Shown here one piece after another: positions 33,527 through 42,500 of a stretch of 64,000 nucleotides of DNA (its first letter is position 1; each line of letters begins with the position of its first letter). A program made the translations under genes and the position numbers. The DNA lies in assembly GCA_030648395.1 (NCBI GenBank), contig JAUSHW010000201.1:1046-65045 (forward strand), written 5' to 3'. The notes beneath the pieces were generated by a model that did not search any database, was not told the DNA's origin, and saw only the letters and a program-made list of their open reading frames with translations. This DNA is from Nitrospirales bacterium. Its GTDB lineage: Bacteria > Nitrospirota > Nitrospiria > Nitrospirales > NS-4.

Positions 33527-36500
33527 ATGGGAGACCTCAACCTCAGCGCCTTTGAGACGCCCACAGCCGAACCGGCCGAGGGATTGAATCTCTCTGCCTT
33601 TGAGCCGGCGTCTCCGCCATCCTCGTCCGACGTGCTCCGTGGCGCCACGACGGCCATCAAGCAACTGCCTCAGCTTACCTACGGCCTCGGCGCCGGGTTG
33701 ATGGCGACCAGTCAATCCCTCAAAGAATTTGTCGGGCAAAAATACAGCGGCTACGCGCCGCAAGCTGGCGAAACGACCTTCGATAGCGATCAGCTTGTGA
33801 AGGAGTACCTCGTTGGAAAGTCTCGCGCCTGGGGCGAGGAAATTGCCAAGGAGACAAAAGCGACTGATTCGTTGGTGACGGCGTATGAGCGTGCAAGCGA
33901 GGGGGATTATGGTGCGCTCGTTGATTGGATGCAGTACGGCATTGGATACGGCGGCGTGCAGGTTCTTCAAATGCTCGGCAGCGCAGGCGTCGGCTCCGTG
34001 TTCGGGAAGGCGGCCCTGAAGGAAGTAACAGCCCAGACAGCGGAGCGATTGGTGACGAAAGCCTCCATCGGCCTGGCGGCCGAATCGGGTGGAAAACTCA
34101 CCGGCGAGGCGTTGACGAAAGCTGCGGTTGAACAGGTCGCCTCCAAGATCGGACAATATACAGCCCTCGCCGCCACGGCCACAGGCATGGAGGGCGGTGA
34201 GATTCTCGGTGGAGTGGCCGAGCAATCTGTTGACGAAGGCCGAAGCCTTCGGGGAGACGAACTGGCAAAAGCGTGGGGTGCAACCCTTGCAGCCGGCGCG
34301 CTCGAGTTCGTGGGCGACAAATTCGGCCTTGATCTCGTCACCGGGAAGATAGGGAAGTTTGCTGGAGCGAGGGGGCGGCTCGCGCGCGGAGGCATCCTCG
34401 GGGCCGCCGACGCGGGCGTCGAGAGTGGGACGGAGTTTACTCAGACGCTCGTGGAGGAGGCGGGAAAGGGGCACGATCCATTTACGCTGAAGGCGGTGCG
34501 TGACGCCATCGACGCCGCAGGCCTCGGCGCGATTATGGGAGGCGTCGTCGGCGGGACATCGGGCGCGCTGACCCCCTCCGCCCCGCCGTCTATTACCGGT
34601 ACCGTCCCCCCACTGCCTAAGAGTGGAACTGGAGAAGAGCCGCCGCCCGAGCCTCCTATCATTCCGCCCGACGCGGTTGAGGCTGCGACGGCGTCAATCG
34701 TCCCTCCGCTTCCTGGCATTCTGGATCTGACGCGCGAGCGCGACGACGCGAAGCTCATCGTCCAGGAGATCGCCGAGCGCGTCAATCATCTCGAGTCGAT
34801 TGGTTTGGGCGTTCCGAACTTTCTCCGCGACGAGTTAGAGGCGGCAAACGAGCGCTTCCGCAATCTGAAGGCCGAGCAGGCGACCGTCGTGGAGATTCCG
34901 ACGTCCGTCCTCGCGGCGCCGGATGTCGCGAGCGCCATCACGCAGGCCCAGGCCTTCGTTGACAACCGACCCGCAGCCCCTGCTGGGGAGAACCTTCCAT
35001 TCAGCCGCAGTGAAACCTTTCAATCAGCCTTGGAGTCCCACATTGGCTCCGAGGCCTACACGGAGGCCACCCATGCCGGAGACCAAGCCGCCCTTATTGC
35101 CGCCGTCCGCAACGCCACCGGCTTTGACGACGCCGGGGGGCTCCCCACCCTGCACGGCCTCCCCCTCCGCGCCGTTGCGCCCGAGAGGTTGCCTGACACC
35201 GCTGATACGCCGGGGCAGCTCACACGAGGTCAGTACGACGCCGCCAATCTCTTCCTCGGACTCTTTGGTAAGCGCGCCGTAGTCTTCGAGGACCACCCAG
35301 CGATGGCGGGGTTTGTCGCGCCTGAGGGGGGCGATCAGTCGATCGTCTTCCTCGGCTCGCGGAGCGAGAGCCATCCGCTGGCCGTTGTCGCCCACGAGCT
35401 CGGCCATCTGCTCGAGGGCACGGAGGCCTATCGCGCGTTCCAGGCGGTGCTCCTCGAGAACCTGGACCCGGAAGCCAAACTGGCCGCGCGCGAGCGCCAC
35501 ACGACCGCCAAGACGGACCTGGAACTCTTCAACGAAATCTCCGCGGACGTGAAGGGCGACGCCATGACCGATCCCGCGTTCATGACGAAGCTCGTGGCGC
35601 GGATGCGGGAGAAACTCGGGGACGAGGAGACGAAAGTTCAGGCGCGTACGTTCCTGGACGTCATCCGCGACGTTATTGCGAAGTTTACCGAGCGCATTGG
35701 GATCCGTATGTCCGACGACTACCTGCCCTATATCACGAACCTGGAGAAGATTCACGACGCGCTCGCCATAGCCGTCGCGGAGGCGTACCTGAAGGGCACG
35801 ACGCCCACCGCTGAGAAGGGGAAGCTGAAACTCTCAGAGCGCCAGACCGGTGAGGGCGCGCGCGAAGTCGTCCATCCGGAGGCGGTGGAGAAATTCAGCG
35901 GGCTGGCGTCCGCGCAACGCGATAAACCAGAAGCCGCTATGCTCACGGTACAGATGACCCACGGTGGGGGCGTCCTCAATCCGGTCGTGGAGCACGTCGG
36001 GGATCTGACCCACCGGATGTCGCACCACGCACGGCACGGCACCGCGTACCGCGCCGAGGTGGCGTCGAAGATCGAGCGCGCCCTCGCGGCCCTCACGCAC
36101 CCCTACGGCTTCGAGAAGGAGCACGCGGAGAACCTTCGGAACAACGCCCGCGGATGGACGAAGGAAGGGAAACCCATCTCCACGGCGGATCTCCGCAAGG
36201 CCGTCCACGCCGCCATGGACGAGTACGCCGCGGAGCACCGGAAACTCTCCGTCTACAACCTCCCGCAGTGGCTTGCGCGCGAGGCGGCGGTGGCTGTGGG
36301 CGAGCGGCGCTGGGACGACGCGATCCGACGGCTGAAGGAACTCCACGAGATCGTGAAGTCTGCGGACTACGACCGGCAGGCGCTGGCGGTGAATAGGGAC
36401 AAAAAGGGGACAATTCTCACCTTCGAGGAAATTGGCGAGGTCCTGACGGACGCGGAGAAGCTCGCCCAGCAGAAAGTTTCGTCAGAAAAAGAGACCATTT

Positions 36501-39500
36501 TATCTGACAACGACCTTACCCCCAACGGCCGGCAGGACGATGGTAAGGGCGGTGGATTTGACCTCTACACCACCACTCGCGAACTGCCGGTCTTGACGAA
36601 GAACGACCTCTACCCGCACGCCGCGATCCCGAAGGGCGGGACCGTCAGCCGGCAGACGCTCGAGGCGAGCGGCTATCGGCTAGCCGACGATTTACTCAAT
36701 TCATTGAGTAAGATTCAACTCGCCCCTCGCAAACACCCGGAGCACAAGCGCACCTCCGAGGGGAAGTACGTCGGCGCCCCGCCGGCCGTCGTGAGCCCGG
36801 CGAAGCTCACGAAGCTGCGTGAGATTCTGAAGGGGCTCGCGAAGGAGGGAAAGGCCGGGCGCTTCTGGCATGAGAAGTCGAGCCACGCCATCCTCGATCT
36901 CGCCGAGGGCAACCGGAACCTCGCTGAGAAGATTGTCGGCCTGATTGCGATCTACAGCCCGCGGCAGGGGATCCTCGGGAATATGACCTCCGCCCTGACC
37001 GCCTACTACCAGTGGGCGAACGGCAAGCCGATCACCACGCCCGGACGGAGTGGCCTCGAGCCCGCGTACCGCGCCGAGGCGTGGATGCACGAGAGCGCCA
37101 CCGAGGAGACGATCACTGGGATCAAGCGCTCCAACTTCTACAAGAACCTCATGCGCGTCATCAACCCCGCGGCGCTCGGCACCGAGGCCCAGGGCGTGAC
37201 GGTGGATATGTGGATCGCCCGTGCGATGGGGTACTTCAAGACCACCGTCGGGAAGGCCCAGTATCTCTTCACCGAGCGGGAGATCAAGCACCTCGCGTCG
37301 ACCCTCGGGTGGGAACCGCAGCAGGCCCAGGCCGCCGTCTGGGTGGCCGTCCGGAGTCGGATACAGGCCCCGGTCGAGCGGGACGGGGTGATGACGACCC
37401 TCTATGAGGCGACCCGGAAGGACGCGGTCACTCGCGGATGGCTCGAGAGGGTCACGAACTACTCCAAATCCGGCCAGGCCTATACGCACCACAAGGCGGT
37501 CGACGCAGAGCGCGGGCGCGCCTTTGAACGCCTCCTCCTCCAGCGGGCGTTGAAGCTCGATTCGGTCGAGATCGACAGTCTGGACTTCTCCGACGCGCTC
37601 AAGCAGCGCACCGCGCAGATCTCCTGGGAGGCCACCCCCGGGAAGACGTCCCTCATCCTCCCCGGCATCCACGGCGCGACGCTCGGCCAGCAGGCGGAGT
37701 ATCTCGCCGCGGTCGACGCGGCCTTGCGGGGGGATTATGGACAGGATCTCATTGCCGAGAAGTTGAACCTCGCCGGCGCGAACACCATCTTCGGCCCCGG
37801 GGCCTGGCAGGGGAACATCACGGTCGGCGCCCAGACGCGGACGGCCATCGGACTCCAGACGGACGCCGACGGTCTTCAGCGCGTCTCGGACGACGCCCGT
37901 GCCCTGATCAACCTCTATGCCGATATCCGCGGCTATACGATGAGCCAGGAGGGGGTCTATTGGGCCTATCCCTTCTACGAGGAGACGAAAGCCAAGGCGA
38001 ACGGCGTCCGGCTCCTCTTCGGCCGCGCGCTCGATACGACAGAAATGGGTAGCCTCTATCGGGCCATTATGGACGTCGCCGGGCATGACGAGTGGGCCCC
38101 GGCGTACACGGAGGACGGCGCGTTTATTTTGAATTTCAAGACCGAGGATCATCTCGCGTTTCAGAAGACGATTAAAGAGGCGGTCGGCCGACTGCCGGAC
38201 GAACTGTCGGCCACGATGAAGACCTTCCGCTCGGACGGCGACGCGCGGATGAATGATTGGAAGGAGTCCCCCCATGGCGAGAGTTATCGAGAGCGGATCG
38301 GTGCCGAAGGAGGACCCGATGTTCTCCAGTGGAGTGCGGATCTACGGCAAGCCGTCGTTGGCGTCAACGAGCACTTCAGCGAGCGATACGACTGGGGGAA
38401 TCCCGGAGAAGCCTACCCCGAAGCCGCTGAAGTAGAGACCCAGCAGACGGACGTCAGCCCGAGTACCGGGCACGATATCCGCTTCGCCCCGCGGAACTTC
38501 CCCGTCGCCTACCAGCGCATGGCAGACGAGTACGACGCGGCACCCGTCTTGGATAAGGCGGCCATCCCTGCGTGGAACGCCCTGCGAGATGATACCGCGC
38601 GGCGCTACAAGGAGATCCTTCTCAAGGTCCACGTCGAACGGGTCACCGGGCAGCCTTACACGGACGCAACCAGTATGATCGCCGACATTGCGAAGGGCTC
38701 GTTCAAAGTCACCACCGATTACAGTGAGCACCCGGTCTGGACCGTCGAGGAAAATGTGCAGTTCCGCGTGGTGCACGATTACCTCGGGCACTTTAAGACC
38801 GGGTATGACTTTAGTCTCTATGGCGAGCAGCGCGCCTACGCCGCCCACGCTGAGTTGCTGACAGACCCGCTGGCGAAGCAGGCCCTCAAGGTCGAGGTCT
38901 ACGGGCAGGCCGCGGCAGCCGTGTCACACGACGGCGTCTTCCAGGTCCAGAAGATTTTCCTCCCGAAGCCGGACGTTCGTAATTTTGACGCCGAGTGGGC
39001 CGCGCAGAGTGGCGGCCAGAAAATGGCCGAAGAACGCGGTCTCAACATGACCGGCAACGAGTACCTGACGCGTATTGAACGTGCTCGGGCGACTGGGATA
39101 GGGCAAGGCCGGCTGCCTAGAGACATCCGCTTCGCCCCCCGCGACGCGACGCCGCCCTACGGTCTGAAGACGCTCCCCAAGGGCGCGAAGGTGCCGCGGG
39201 TGCAGTGGGATAAGGATGAACTGCGCGAGAACGAGGACGCCCTGCGGGACGATTACGCCCAGACCGGCCCGAACGAACTCGAGCACACGATCTATCCGAC
39301 CGTCTACCGTGCTTGGGTGCCAATGGATGACGTGCCGAGGGCCCGCATCGCCGACCGCGCGCAGGATCGCGCCAAGGGTGGATACGACTGGAGTGAATAT
39401 AAAAAGACCGGGGTCTTCCCGCCGGTGACCATTCAGCTCCACCCGAACGGCGTCGCAACCTCCCTCGACGACGGCAACCATCGCGTGCGCTATTGGCGCG

Positions 39501-42500
39501 AGCACAAGTTTACGCACGTCCCGGCCTGGATTGTCGACTTCCGTCCGGACAGCCCTGCCCGCCCTGGGACGCTCGCGGAGTACAAGAAGCAGCACCCGGA
39601 ACTCAAGTTCGCGCCCCGTAAGCAGCCTGTCTTCTACTCCGCGCTGCAGAAGGTTCTGAGCGAGCGGATGCCCGTCTCCGCCTCGGGTGAGCAGGTGAAG
39701 GGGATCCTGAACGCCCCGGGCGTGAAGCAGGACGAGATTAAATGGTCCGGAGTCCTGGACTACCTCGAGGCGCGGAAGCTGAAGACCATCTCGCGCGACT
39801 CCCTCCTTGCCTGGCTCAAGAAGAACGAGGTCAAGATCGTCGAGGTCATGAAGTCCGGCGAGAGCGCGGAGGATCTGCCGTCGCTGCAAGAGTTTAAACG
39901 CGACTATTACGAATCAGAGATCGTGCCCGAGGATCCGTCGTATATCGAAGAAGAAACAACGCGGCTCCGGGATATGCGGCGCCAGGATCTGGAGATCGAG
40001 GGCGGCTATACGACGGAAGAAATTGAGGACGAGGTTTCCAAGATCGAGTACGAGCAGGACGACTACGCTAGCGAGCAAGAAACCCGGCACCGGACGTACC
40101 CCTTCCGCATTCTCGGACGCGAGGTGGAGTTTAAAGTGAGTGTCTACGACGATGTCGTCCCTATGACAAGCGGGAGGAAAGCAAAATTCCTCGGCGATCT
40201 CAAGAAGGATGGGACGCTCGAAGAGGACGGCTACGGGCCCGCCTTCAACCGGTTCTCTGAGGCCAACGAGGCAGCCTACGAATACTTCGTCGGGAAGGCC
40301 AAGGCACAGGCCGAAGAGAGCGCCCCCAAGTACCCGGGTTCCACGCTCAAGGGGCCGAATACAGATTATCGGGAGTTGCTGCTGACGTTTGAGCCGGCAT
40401 TAGCAAAGACCATCGCCGAGCGCGCAAAGAAACTTCACAATACACTGATGGGCATCCACAATCAGATTGCGGCCGCGAAGGATCCAGGAACGACGAAGAA
40501 ACCCTCTGTTGAAGTGCTGAACCTTCAGCGGGATGCCGATCGTATCCGTCGTGAAATTCAACTTGCGCGCGAGAAAGAGCCGTCAAAATTTACCTCCTCC
40601 CACTGGGACGAGGAGAACATCCTCGCGCACATTCGCTACGACACGCGGACGGACGCGGCCGGGAAGCGGACGCTGTTTATCGAGGAGATCCAGAGCGATT
40701 GGCATCAGAAGGGGCGGGAGGAGGGGTACACAAAGGACACGACAGGCTGGACAGCAAAATCCCTTTCCGAACCAGAGGCGGGATTTACATCATGGGAAAT
40801 TCACGACGCCGCCGGCAACTATATTACGGGAATCGTTGGCGGCAGCGAAGAATCCGCTATTCGCAAAGCCGCAGAAGGCGTCCCCCAGGCCCCCTTCTCC
40901 AAGTCCTGGCACGAGCTCGCGCTCAAGCGGATGCTCCGCCTCGCGGCGGACGAGGGCTACGACCAGCTCGCGTGGACGACCGGGCGGCAGCAGAATGAGC
41001 GGTATCGGCTGTCGAAGTATGTTTCGAGGGTCGTCTATGATAACGGCATCCTCAACGCGAGTGATTTAAGTGGGCGAAAGGTCTTCGCGGAAGAGGTAAG
41101 CGAGAATGATCTTGCCAAGCATATTGGGAAAGAGGCCGCAGAGAAACTTATTGCGATGACTCCCGACGAAGACGGTCTCAGGATTCTCGAAGGCCTCGAC
41201 CTCGAGATCGGCGGCTCGGGCATGGTGGGCTTCTACGACCAGATGCTCCCGCGGTTCCTCGACAAGTACCTCAAACGGTGGGGCGTGACAGTCGGGACGG
41301 CGGTGTTTGATTTTGTGCCAAGTGGCCAGAAAAAGCTCTATAGTACGCCATCACAAAATGCGGCAGGGGTTGCCCACGCCATCCCCATCACAACGGAGAT
41401 GAAGGCCTCCGTCCAGGGCGAGTCCCAGCCGCAGTTCGCGCCGCGCTCGAAGCAGACCCAGACGCCCGAGTTTAAGAAGTGGTTCGGGGACAGCAAGGTG
41501 GTCGACACCCAGGGCTCGCCTTTAGTGGTGTATCACGGGACGACGAACGCGGCCGCTATTGCCCAATTCGAGTTAAGGGGCGAGGCCGCGGCATTTCACT
41601 TTACAGCAGATCCTGCGTACGCGTCTAAATATGCCAAAGGAATTACGAGCGCCGCAAAAGCGGGTAATGAAAGATCTGCCGCGGTGCTCCCTGTTTATTT
41701 GAAAATTGAAAATCCTTTCTTTACATGGAAAGGGACGGACACTTATTTTTTAAGTCCAGAAAAGATCAAGGAACTCGCTAAACATGGTTTTGACGGCGTA
41801 ATTCAAAGCGTATTGCTCGCTCCTCCTAACCCTGTAAACCACGCGAGGGCTGTAGAAACAGCAAGTGAACTTGTCGTCTTCTCCCCCACCCAAATCAAAT
41901 CCGCCACCGGCAACCGTGGCACGTTTGACTCAGAGAATCCCGATATCCGGTTTGCGCCGAGGAAGGCAACGCCGCCGTACGGCCTACGCGAGGATCAGCT
42001 CCCTCATGGTGCAAAGGTGCCGAACGTGGATTGGAATCAGGAAGACCTCGTAGCAGGTATAGGGGAGTTGAGGAGACAGACGCCGAAGACACTTGCAAAG
42101 GGATACGAAACTATTTATTCCGGGATCTACGGTGTCAGAAAAGGTTTTACACCAATCGTCTCTCGCGCGTTTGTTCCTGTCAATCGCGTGCCAAAAGAAC
42201 ATATTTCCTATGAAGACGAGTATATGGATGAGTACGATTGGCAGTCTCTAAAAGACGCGGCGACGCTCCCGCCGGCAACCGTCGTTCTGTTTAATAATGG
42301 CCCGAAATTACTCGAAGACGGTAATCACCGCGTCCGTCATTGGCGTGAAGAAGGGATGACCCATATCCCCGCGTGGATCGTCGACTTCCGCAAAGGCGCC
42401 AAGCCGGTCTTCGCCCCCCGCACCGCGCCCACCTATACCGTCCCCGAGCCGACACGGACCGACAAAGTTCGGCGCGTGCTCCAGGACAAGAATATCGACA

